From positions 29,314,388-29,378,387 of the forward strand of contig NC_092670.1 in assembly GCF_964355755.1 (NCBI RefSeq): 64,000 bases of DNA. Reading direction: 5' to 3'. The notes under the pieces were generated by a model, which made no database searches, was not told where the DNA came from, and was given only the letters and a program-made list of their open reading frames with translations. The stretch is from Antedon mediterranea (taxonomy: Eukaryota; Animalia; Echinodermata). Each line of letters begins with the position of its first letter. The stretch's first letter is position 1. Below, piece after piece: positions 1-11,400 of the stretch. The position numbers and the translations under genes are program-made.

Positions 1-229
1 TGTAGATAAATAATATTGGTTATTAATAATTAAAAATATATTTTTTTATTAAAATATTACAATAGGCATAGGTCTATATTAAATAGTCTTACCTTGTTTT
101 AAAGAAGATAAAGATAATGGTTAAGATATCATACCCGTTTCTATGTTTTATCGTTTCGTTTCTCACCTTGTTTGAAAGTTGCATTGAAATTAAATTGGTA
201 CAGTTTGTTTGTGTATGGATAAATTGGAT

Positions 230-628
230 AAGCCTTTTTTTCATGTCGACGTTAGTCGACGCTATCATCGTTAATCATTAAAAGTTCAACGACGATCGTT
301 TGAAAACGATCAAGTTGAAATTTTAACGATAGCGCGAACATTTGAATTCTAGCGTTGAACGTTAGAGTTGAAACTCCTGTCTTCTTTCTCGACGTCGTCG
401 TAACACGCAAAAATGAATAGAGGACTCCCCTGCTTCTAGCAGTAGCTAGCTCACAGTGTAGGAGACGTGGGCCTAGGCATACTAATATCTCTATAGTGAT
501 GGTTCTTCGTTCTCAGTAGTTCTCAAAGTACCTTTTCCTGTAAATCGTTAAAATTTCAATGTTTACGTAGAAAATCGCCGATTATTGTTAACGATAGCGT
601 CGAATAACGTCGACAGGAAAACAGGCTT
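230..628. mobile_element. MITE with imperfect TIRs of about 40 bp (Harbinger-like)
   Basis: Left end aagcctttttttcatgtcgacgttagtcgacgctatc; reverse complement of right end aagcctgttttcctgtcgacgttattcgacgctatc; inner inverted block ttgaaattttaacgat / atcgttaaaatttcaa. TSD not clean. Confidence 0.7.
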
Positions 629-1157
629 TAATCAACGTCGTTTTGGTTGCATTACCTAAGTAGCTCGCTTCAAAAATTCTCTTGTAGACGTTTCTAAGCC
701 TAGCTTACGGTAGTTAGGCAGAATAGAATAGAATTGGCACAATCCATCCCCAAATTGAGGAAGACTTGGTATTTTCGCTGAAAAGATATGGTTCTTTTAT
801 TTGTTTACCGTTTCACGCAATCGATCTAAGTGGTTGTATTACACCACAATATGAAAATATCAATCCGTGCGCGATGCATGTTGGGATTTATAGCGGGCCG
901 CTAAAATCATTCGATTTTTGACCATTTAAAGATGATAAAAATGTTGCAATAGGTCCATATAGTATTTATTTTTACATAATATGTAGTGTGTGACCTTAAA
1001 TTAGGTAAAAAAATGTAGGTCTAGTGTCTTTTAAACTATTTTTTCCCCTTCTCTCAAATGCTGGCGACTGGGAGAAGATCTAGATATCCTGTCGTGTTCC
1101 TCCCCCCCCCCCCCCCCCTATCAAAGGTATGGTCAAGATTGGAATTAAATTAGTTAA

Positions 1158-1690
1158 ATATGTATAGTCCCTTGAAACACAAAAAATGAAGGTCAAAAGA
1201 TTCTAAATTTAAATTGGCCATATCAAAGTAATATTAAAGTAATTCACTTTAAGTCGAAAATTCGAGCCAAAGACACCAAGTTTACGTAATTAACAGATAA
1301 ATTAATTTGATTACATTTCGTCTGGAAAATCGTCGCAAACAATAGTAAATTTCAAACAATGAGTATGCATTATGCATGATGCTAATTAGGATTGTTTACA
1401 ACTCCTCATGGTTGAGAAGGTGTTTTCACACAGATAGCGGGGAAGTTTTATGATTATGCATACAGAGTAGCCAAACAAGCATGTTGCATTATGTTGATCG
1501 AAAACTTTGACTGGAAGTCAAAGTTATTTTTTGAACAAAAAAACGTCTGTATTTCAGTTAAATTATTTTTTTTTTCGACTAATTTTTGGTGAAAATTGAT
1601 AACTATTATGATACTTCAAAATGACCAACTTTTGTTCAAAATATTTAAAAAAAAAATTTTGTTGGAATTAGTCAAAGGGACAATACATCT
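1158..1690. mobile_element. Kolobok-like non-autonomous DNA transposon
   Basis: ttaa|ATATGTATAGTCCCTT ... AAGGGACAATACATCT|ttag: 16-bp imperfect TIR with TTAA-like flanks. Confidence 0.55.
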
Positions 1691-2030
1691 TTAGGACAAA
1701 TACCATACCTTCTTTCATCTCCTTCTGTCCTCCCTACCAAATAAAATTAAACAGTATTTTACCAATTATTCATATTAACATATTCAGCCAGTTACAAAGC
1801 CACACAATATTGTTATAAATTATTTGCTTTGTCCTTAATTTGATTAATAGACCTATGCATTTCTTCAAATCTCTAATCAGATTTTACACTTGAAATTAAT
1901 TAATTACTACTGTTATTATTAGTGATAAGAAGATGCTATTCACGCTCTAATATTTTCAGTGTATATGGGATAGAATGAAAAAGATTGATAATGATTTTCA
2001 TAGGTTAGAAAATTGGAAAATAGATATATA

Positions 2031-2262
2031 TTTCTTTTATTCCTGTCCACTCAGGCAGCGCTTGCCTGATATCTATCTTGTCCAAGTACCTTCACTTGCA
2101 CTGATGAGGCTAGTGTTGCCCGAAAGCTCTGCTAACTTTTCTGGATGTTTTAATTTATCATTTTGATTTAGCTTTTCGCTTTTTTTTTGGTATCTCCATT
2201 GAGATCCAGCCACTGATACCCACAGCATTGTCATTTTTTCAGTATTTTGCCTTTGGATTTAT
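2031..2262 (+). mobile_element. Penelope-like pLTR / retrozyme-type short repeat, copy 1
   Basis: About 160 bp nearly identical to 58284-58446; carries a hammerhead core; abuts (TA)n. Confidence 0.65.
2096..2135 (+). ncRNA. Minimal type I hammerhead ribozyme motif
   Basis: GCA-CTGATGA-GGC tagtgtt GCC C-GAAA-GCTC-TGC. CUGAUGA and GAAA cores, stem II GGC/GCC, palindromic AGCT in place of stem III, stem I GCA/TGC; predicted cut after C2129. Confidence 0.6.
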
Positions 2263-2762
2263 ATATATATATAAACACATCAGGCACAGAACATTAATTC
2301 TAAACCGCCCGGTGATATACTAAAATTTAATTAATTAATTTGAAACGATAAAGATGAGGAAGTCTGTGAGAATGAGAAAAAGTCCCCCCAACCGAGATTC
2401 GAACCCGAGACCTTCTGCTTGATTTGCAGATGTCCTAACCATTAGACCACTGAGGCTTTTATGGTATTGTTCAAACTCGATTGGATAGCGACTATTTAAA
2501 ACTCTCGGGTGGTACGGCGGAAAAGCACTATAGTCCCTCAATTGTACGCATGCGCACCAGAGATCAAATTTATATGCCCTCATCTTTCAGTATTTTATTC
2601 ACGAAGCGGGATCTCCGAAGAGATACTTTTATATATATAAACACATCAGGCACAGAACATTAAAATTCTAAACCGCCTGGTGATATACTGAAATTTAATT
2701 AATTTGAAACGATAAAGATGAGGAAATCTGTGAGAATGAGAAAAACCCGATCTTTCTGCTTG
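2261..2762. repeat. Direct repeats of about 115 bp, 366 bp apart, around the tRNA-like unit
   Basis: (TA)n-aacacatcaggcacagaacatt...tgtgagaatgagaaaaa at about 2261-2381 and 2631-2745; the second copy continues into a deleted tRNA remnant (cccga...ttctgcttga). Confidence 0.85.
2384..2456 (-). other. tRNA-like sequence (pseudo-tRNA or SINE head) with Pol III A/B boxes
   Basis: GCCTCAG TGGTCTAATGG TTAGGAC A TCTGC AAATCAA GCAGA AGGTC TCGGG TTCGAAT CTCGG TTGGGGG, then ACTTTTT terminator. Folds as a cloverleaf, but lacks U33 and the 1-72 pair is mismatched. Confidence 0.65.
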
Positions 2763-3627
2763 AAATTGTATTGACATGGTTGCAAGGTGTCTTTATTGTT
2801 GAACCAGCCTAGTTCTTTTTGGATCTGACATAGATTTTCCAAAGTAGATGGTATTAGTTTTCTATTAAGAAAATAACTTTTTTCTACTTTATGTTGAACT
2901 AAAACCTTTATCAAACCAGGTACTTAAAACACATTTATGAATTGTGATCTGTCTGATTAGAAGATGTGATTGAAGCTATTTTGTTAATTTTGTCTCTAGA
3001 TTGAAATAAGATTATGTCATTTCAACTTCTTGCTGTTTTTATTTCCACACAAAAGTTTTCCTTTTTCCTTAACAAATACTAATAAATGTTGGCCAGATTG
3101 CCTAAAAGGCATGCCATATTATGATAAAGTTATTGCAATGCTTACTAGAAAACGAAAAGGAACTTCATAATTGCACTTTACATTCTGAATATTAATTGAA
3201 TTGAAATGGTTTCAATTCAGCCCACTCCAGCAGTTATAATAATGGTAAAATTATCCAGTAGGTATTACGTATTTGCATCTCAACTTGAATTTATTTACAA
3301 TTGATTTTTATAAAATAAACCATAAATAAAACTAAAACTCAAACATGGCCTTTTATTAGCAATCTGTATATAATAAACAATTCATTATTGCATCTATTGT
3401 CTTTTTTCTGTTGCTAATATTATTCTAATTGAATGCTATTGATTTGTCTGAATTAAACCGGAAATGATCTACTATTGTTCTAGGTGTTTTTCATATTGTA
3501 ATTATCACTGAATTCAAAATTTTGTATCATGGTCAATTATCAAAATATGCTTTAGTTGCAAATATTTTGATTATTTTATCAGTATTTTTCTGTGAATGTT
3601 TATAATAAGAATAAACTTACTGTAATC

Positions 3628-3639
3628 ATGGAGGAAAAG
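3628..3639 (+). CDS. Candidate start-codon exon portion (MEEK) of the SRCIN1-like gene
   Basis: ATCATGG Kozak context, then ATG GAG GAA AAG followed by gttaag (phase 0, compatible with exon 5308). Possible acceptor ttgttctag at 3483. The donor is weak. Confidence 0.3.
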
Positions 3640-5307
3640 GTTAAGTTGATATCATAATGTTTTTATTGTTCTTTTTATGTAAAAAAAAACCAAAGCCCTA
3701 AAAGGAAGGCTATACAGTATATCATCTATAAATTTGCACTGCTACATGGCTCTCATAAAACCTTTATCACCTCAAAATATCCAATTCATTTATTCAAGAG
3801 ACAATTTGAATCTTCCTTTAATCTTTTGCATATTCATAGTCTTGTCATACCATGATAACTGATCTGAATTAATATTAGAATTTCAATATTATTTACAATT
3901 TGATACTACTACTACCATCTCTTGCTAATTTTATGGAAAATGGTATTGAAATTCTAGGTAGCAATCATGTGACTAGAAAATTTAGGATGACATGATTTAT
4001 ATATTTAATATCCAAAAGAAGCTCTATTTTACCATAGTGAACTGGTTAGGACTGGCGGCTCGCAATTTCTTAACATACTACAAATGTTTTGTAACCTCTC
4101 TTTATCAACAAGAGCATTGATATATTGTGTAAAATTATTTTTTCGCACCGCTGCTCTAGCCAGCTATGTCCCAGGAGGACATATTCATTAATAAGCTGTT
4201 TCATAGCAGTAGCTTTAGTATCTAAGGCTGACAGTTTTGCGAATTTGTAAACTCGACTATAATTTATAGGCCCCAGCTGCTGGACCCAAAAAACGTCTGG
4301 GAAAAGAGAGTATAGGAGGGCTCACGGTTAAACGATTTTGAATTCTCGTCCTTTGATTGGTTGACGCGAATCAACAGACTGAAAGACACATTGAAGTTCA
4401 AAATTGACCATTTTTAAATGCCATTTTTGAATTAGTAGATTAATATTTGTTGGCAAATAATACAGTGTTGGAAAGGTACACATGTCTTCTTTCAAATGCT
4501 GTGTATACAATTAACTAGTGAAAAAATGGGCATTTGATTCATAATTAAAGAACTATCTGTGATTTGTATATATTTTTGCGATTAAATGTGTTCAAAAACA
4601 TTATTAATATGAAAAATAATAATCTAATATAATACATTAAGACCACATAAATTACAACACATATTCTCTGCCAAAGCACAGTGAAGTTTTTATAAAATTA
4701 AATATATTGTTAATCGCAATTAGAATGAATAAATAATTTCTTTATAATCTAGCATTTTTGTATACAAGGATCAACACAGGCGTAGTAGTGCGTATTGCGT
4801 AGGGCATATCTGATTGGTCCATTGCTTCCCCCATCTTGTTGGTTCCCTCTCCATGGAGAATATCTTTTTGAACTGCGATAACATTGCAGTTTACCATCTA
4901 GCCTTCGGCTATATAAAATATCATTGGTAATACACAGAATATTTTGTATCATAGCTAGATTTACCTATCAAGAAAATACAATTTTTCACATCTCCACATT
5001 AATTCATCATGTAAAAACTCAAGATTTTTGCAACATAGAATGTTCAATTAGCATTCAGAAATAAGTATTGACCTTCAGAAAAAACATTGATATGAAAATT
5101 TAAAGAAATAATTGATTAATGGTAAAGCTGGTAGAAAATGTCTTGATGGACAAGTACCTTGAAGACATCCATTAATATGATTTATTCTGCCATTATTTTC
5201 AAGTTTTCTTATATTCCTGATATAACATCAAAGAAGAAATTAACAATATGTTCTCATTTCAAAAGCTAACATGTGTTATGGAAAAAATTGTTTATTTTAA
5301 TTTTCAG

Positions 5308-5409
5308 CCGACTCTTCACAAGCCAAGTCGAACACGAGAGGATCGGGAACGATTTATGGAGTACTTAAAAAAGTCGCATCCGGATGATGTTCCACTCCAA
5401 CATCCAAAA
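5308..5409 (+). CDS. SRCIN1-like exon (PTLHKPSRTREDRERFMEYLKKSHPDDVPLQHPK)
   Basis: ttttcag acceptor, gtaagt donor; resembles the FMEHLKQKYP motif of KIAA1217/SRCIN1. Confidence 0.75.
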
Positions 5410-8400
5410 GTAAGTCATGTGTTAACTGATACTTGACGACACCTGTCTAAATCTCTATACACTATCAAACTTTATGTGGCAAAAAAAATGTGATGTGCCC
5501 TTATATGGATATGATGATGTCATATTACTACCATATTTGAGCACATCACACTTTTTTGTCAAACTAGTCTGATAGTGTAGACAGAGATTAACATTTCATT
5601 CTGCAGTAAAGTTTTATTTTAAATTTACCAAAGAGCCAATTCAATCACAGCTCAAAAGGTGAGTCACCATGAAGAGATAACACATGATATGGCTGCATTA
5701 CATCTCCTATCATACATTTTGCTGAGTGTATGAACAAAATATTCTGATATATGTGGTTCTAATCTTCATGTTATGTCCTTATTTTATATACTAAACAATA
5801 TTTTGAAACAATTACACCGCTAATAAAAATAGCTATCTCTCAGAAGTACTGGAGAGATAGAAAACAACCATAATTGGGAAAGGTGTATTTGGTTTTTAAT
5901 ATGATCCTTAAAATTATCATAGCACTAACTGCCTCAAAATATTTGAAGATGATACTTTATCTTTGCCAATTTCCCATCGATCCCAGGAGTATTTTGATTA
6001 TAGTATCACAAGATAACCACCTAACGAACGTGTCCAATATAAACATTCTAACTAGAAGATTCATCATCAGGTTTTCTGCACATGCTCACACAAGGATAAT
6101 TTAAATCTAGAGAATTAATTTATGAATTGAGATTCAAATAATCATTGATAATAGAATTCTTATTTTATGAAATTACAATTTCAATAGATTTAATTAGCAG
6201 TGGCGAATCCAGACGGGGGCGCACCCTCCGCACGCCCCCTATAAATCTGGATAACAAAAAAATTATCCTACCATAAGGGAAAAAAAATTAGGAAAAAAAG
6301 CGTAAAAATAAAAAAGAGTAAAGTACTTTCACTTTTGATTAAAATACATTGTTACTACTTCTTAGTAGAGGTCACCATTGCTGTTGCTGTCTGTAAATTT
6401 CTAAGAGTTGCGAAATGAATTGCCTATTTTCACCTGAAACGCATCTTGGTCCCTTGATGTAACGTGATATTGAATCTTACCCATAACCGGGGCACGAACG
6501 ATTTGTACCAAGGACACCGCCATACAATTGCGTAGGCCTACCTATTGTTTAGATCGCTGGCAGTCAGCAAGCATAAATAAAAGTGTATATACGTCAAAAA
6601 TGGAACGCCGTGGTTACCTACAGATCATCATCATAGAGGATATGTTAATAATATAGTACATTAACTGTGGTAACTGTGTACTGTAGTAGTATACATAATA
6701 GCAAACAATTTTTTTTCTAGGCCACCCACCCAACTGTGTCAATACCTATTTATATTTATTTAATTTCTTCAATAAATTGATGTAAATAAATATTAAATTT
6801 GCGGGGCTTCACCTAGAACGCAACGCAATCAAAACAAAATACAGTACTGAGTGAATGAAATCGGCAACAAAATGTTGGGTGTCACGAAAGCTCAGACCAC
6901 GAAAGCTCAGACCCCCTAAGACCTAAGATCACGAAAGCTAAGACCCAACACCTAAGATTACAAATACTAAGATATACTACAGATTAAAAACAATACTTGT
7001 TTATCCATACATAATTTTAGACACAGTAGGTTTCATTTATTACCATAAATATAATTTAATACTACCGCAAAACATAGATAAACTCACATTATTTTCGCCC
7101 GTTGAGTAAATGTATATTTTTTCTTTACAACAAACAAACTTGACGGGTTGTTTGTTGGTATATATTTACTCCATTGTGTTGGTTCAGAGAGAGGATGTTT
7201 TTCTTACGCACCTGCCTTTCTTGTATTTTGACTCCAAATTTGTTGACTAACTTTATCCTGAACACCACACTTTAAAATTAGGACTTATAAGTACTGTACT
7301 TTCAGAAGGAGAAACACATAATAACAAATAAATAAATCCTTTAAATTGATGATTTTACATATGTGTTTCTTTGTATACTGTAATGTAACTCCTCGAGCTC
7401 CCACCATGCTCAATGTTTTTGTTTCCATGGAGCGCCAAAAGAGCAACAATAATAGTACAAACTACAAGCATAAAAACAGAAAGAAAACGAAACAAAAAAA
7501 CTTATCATGATTTTTAAATTAAAATTTATTTGCCAGTATTTATTTCTTCGTACTTGCATGATTATACTATTATCATTACAATTTTCATTTTACATTGTTC
7601 CATCCACACACTGTAGATGGACTCCACAGAGTTTTCAGCCCTCTATATAATTTTTGCTCTTTTGACGTTCCATAGAAACAAAAACATTGAACATGGGGTA
7701 GGCCTGTCACGATAAATATGGTCCGGGGCCAAAATCGGTCCGGCCGGACCAGTTTTGGCTCTAAAATTGTGGCCAAAAGCAGTCCGCCACTGCCAAAATC
7801 GGTCCGGGCTTTTCTTCTGTCGATTTTAATTGAATTACTAGGCCTATGATGCTGTTTTAAATTGTTTATGGCTATAAAAATATCCCATGATATATATTAG
7901 TAAGTTATCTTGTCGGATAAATACTATAAATAAATGTATTTTATCTAAAAACATGACTTAGGTGTTCACTCATATTTCGGCCTGCCACACACTCACATGA
8001 ACGGGTATGAGACGCTGATATTGCCAGCTAGATTTGATTTATGATTGAGGCCTTTTTCCTTTTCCTCAGCCTAATCAATATTGGATAATTTTTTTCTAAT
8101 AATTGTATTGAATTGATATATTGATTGATTAACCATAAATAATTAATAAATTAAATTGTTTTTAACATCATGGGGAAACGAAGATGTTAAAAAAGAACAA
8201 AATGGATTAAAAACAGGCAGAGATACATATTGTATACAAAAAGCCTAACAATTAGTACTTATTATTGATGAGTTACTACTAATAATGATAATAAAAAAAC
8301 AGGCTTAATTTATAATATTAAAATAACAAATAAAACCCCATAGTTTTCAATATAATGACTAATCATGGCCTTTTTTTTTAATGATATATACATTATGACT

Positions 8401-11400
8401 CATATTGCGCACCATATATTTGTAAGACCGGACCATATTTGGCGGCCAAAAACAGTCCTACTGCCCGGACCAATTTTATCCAGGCCGGACCAGTTTTGGC
8501 GGCCAAAATTGGTCCGGCCGGACAGGTTTTGGCAGCCATAAATGGTCCCCCGGACTGATTTTGGCAGCCATAAATGGTCCCCCGGACTGATTTTGGCCCG
8601 GACTGATTTTGGCGTGACAGGCCTACTGTAGTACTGTAGGCTATTCATTTTGTGTGCGAGAAAAACGTCTGTAAAATCATCAATTTAAAAATGTATTTGT
8701 TACTTTTTATGTGATTCTTTTTCATGAAAGTGCCAATTCTAAGGTGTGGTATTCAGAATAAATGTTGGGAGTTAAAATACAAGGCAGGTGCGAAAGATAA
8801 ATATTTGTAATCTTAGGTGGTGTTGGGTCTTAGCTTTTGTGATCTTAGGTCTTAGGGGGTCTGAGCTTTCGTGACACCCACAAAATGTTATATCGTCGTT
8901 CAAAATGAGTTTCAATCAAAAACTCTTTTGAATCAGCATAGCTTATAAATGTCAAAGGCCGATATTTTTTTTTTTTTTTTTTTCATTTATAAAAAATTTT
9001 TCGAAAAGGCAAATTTAAAAGAAAGTATGAAATAAATCTTAACAAACTTTAAAAATTAGTTAGGTAGGATGGTTAGTATGACTGTTTTCTCATATGTTTT
9101 GATTTTAATTGGTTATTCCACTGCTGTTACCCATTATGTTTTTATTTAATAAAGATTACTTTCTATTACTTACAAATTTGTATAAAAATAAATTATTTAA
9201 AGGTACAGTACATTTTATTAAAGGTACATATCGTTAAGTTACTACTACTGATAAATCCTAGTAATATCTGTATATTAAAGTTAGTGTCTTGTTACATAAG
9301 GTATAATCATTCAATCTGTACTAAAATAATAACAATTATAATTAGGCATAAAATATTTAAAAATGAAATGTAAAATTATATATTCATGAGTTAAACATCG
9401 CAGCATCTTAATTGTATGTTAAATGATTCCACAGTCAATTAGCCTAATTAACATTGATTATTTAAATCATTACAATGTGAGCATGGCTACTTAAATAAGA
9501 ATTTCATTAAGACTCTCACTAACAATATGCATACAATTGCCATTCAAAATGTTACATAATAAGGATAAAATATTTGCACAAGTCAGACCATTATATAGAT
9601 CAATATAAAAATAATTACCAATTAATTCATTATAAAATAATTTATTTAAAGAATATTTTATATTTAGAAAATTGCAGACATTTTCTACAGAATAGAGCAA
9701 AATTCAGTAATTTTTCAAATGATAACAAACAAAATATCAGATTAATTTTTTACTGTTTATATCACATTAAATTTTTTAAACAATTTTTAAATTTTATTTT
9801 ATTTTAAATATTGTTTTTCGAAGATGCTTAATATTTTTTTATGTATGAACTTCCATATATCTATACTATATATTTTTATACTTCAATCTAACTCAAAGCG
9901 AAGTTTAATGCAGTTGAATTTGATATGAAATTTGATTATGCATTTATATAAGAAGATTACATAATTAATATAGAAATTAAGTGAAAAATATGCAATGGAA
10001 TGCATTTTGATGTATTGATGCTGTACACGATCATCATCATTATTTTAAAAGCTCCTGTTTTTTTGTAACATAGTCTAGCTAATCATCAATGGTAATCTCC
10101 CTTCTTCCAATAAATAGCCAGGAATATTTTATAGCAGACATACATAGTGAGCCACTTTGGAATAAACAAGCATATTGTAACGGCCTTGCAGTTCCGTGTA
10201 TCATATATTCAGTAGATATTGTATTGAATTGATCCAACAATATGTGTGATACAACTTGGTGATGCTGCTGCTTCTACTGTTTAACACCCATTTCATTGAT
10301 TGTGGGAAAACCTGTGTGATTAGTTGAAACACCATCAGTTGTGTGAATAGCTTCGTACGTTGAGATCTGCAGCCCTGTGAACCGTAAGATCACACATCAT
10401 TGCTATGCGGAGAGGTTATGTTGGTTTTCCTTAAGTAGTACACGTTCAATGGTGGATATTTAAATTGACGGCAAAAATGTCATATGGTTTTGTAGTTCAC
10501 CGCTGTTTGGTTATTCTGAATACTGGCCTATAATCATGAGAAGGCATTACCAATGATTTGAGTATATTGACAAGCAAGCTTGTGACTATTACAAGAGTAT
10601 TTTCATCAATTGTTTGACCTCACCTGGAAAATATATATATATTTTTTAAATACTGAGTACCGGTAAGTGTTACACATTATTCCATAGAGCTTCAAAGAAT
10701 TTCTGTTTTTACTTAGCATACTGTTAGGCTTTAAGTTGTACTCGGCAACACATCAATCTGAAGAATTAATGAGCACGAACAAAAATATATTTTTTGATAG
10801 GAAGTTAAGACTTGACTCTATAGAAGGCCAGGTGTAGATTGTATCAATATTCATATTGACGGAAGAAAAAAATAGATATATTAAAAAAAATCTTTTTTTC
10901 TCAAATAAACAATTCAAATACAGTATTTGTATGTTGATAGAAAAAAAAAAAAAATTATATTTAAAATATAGATTTCTTATTTACACAGGTTAGTAATGGT
11001 ACTTATTTGAAATGGTAAAATAAAAATGTTTACTTTCAGACAGTACTGTTCTTAGATGAAACGTACTAATACAAAATATATATTGTTTTCTTTCGTATTT
11101 ACACAGGGATAATTTGATTTTGGTAATTTATATTTTCAGAATTTAATACTTAAGGTTTTTTTTTCAAAATTTATACCAAGACAATATATATATATATACA
11201 GACTAATTAGAACATTTTCATAAAGGTGTTTAAAATAATAATAACGCAGTGAAAATAATGTAGTAGTAGACTATTCTTGCAATAAGGTTTAAATTCATAT
11301 TCTATTTTAATTAAATATCTTCGGTATGCATTTGAAATCAATATGAACAGATTGAAACAGAATATATTGCATTACATTAACAAAGCACACATTTTCCTAT

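Noticed and set aside
2384-2456. Functional tRNA gene
   Set aside because: No U33, atypical anticodon loop, mismatched first acceptor pair, embedded in a repeat
4746-4962. Possible MITE with AATCTAGC/GCTAGATT ends
   Set aside because: Only about 8 bp of inverted match and no clear TSD
8400-8648. 82-aa ORF with repeated PK/GRT motifs
   Set aside because: Translation of transposon subterminal repeats
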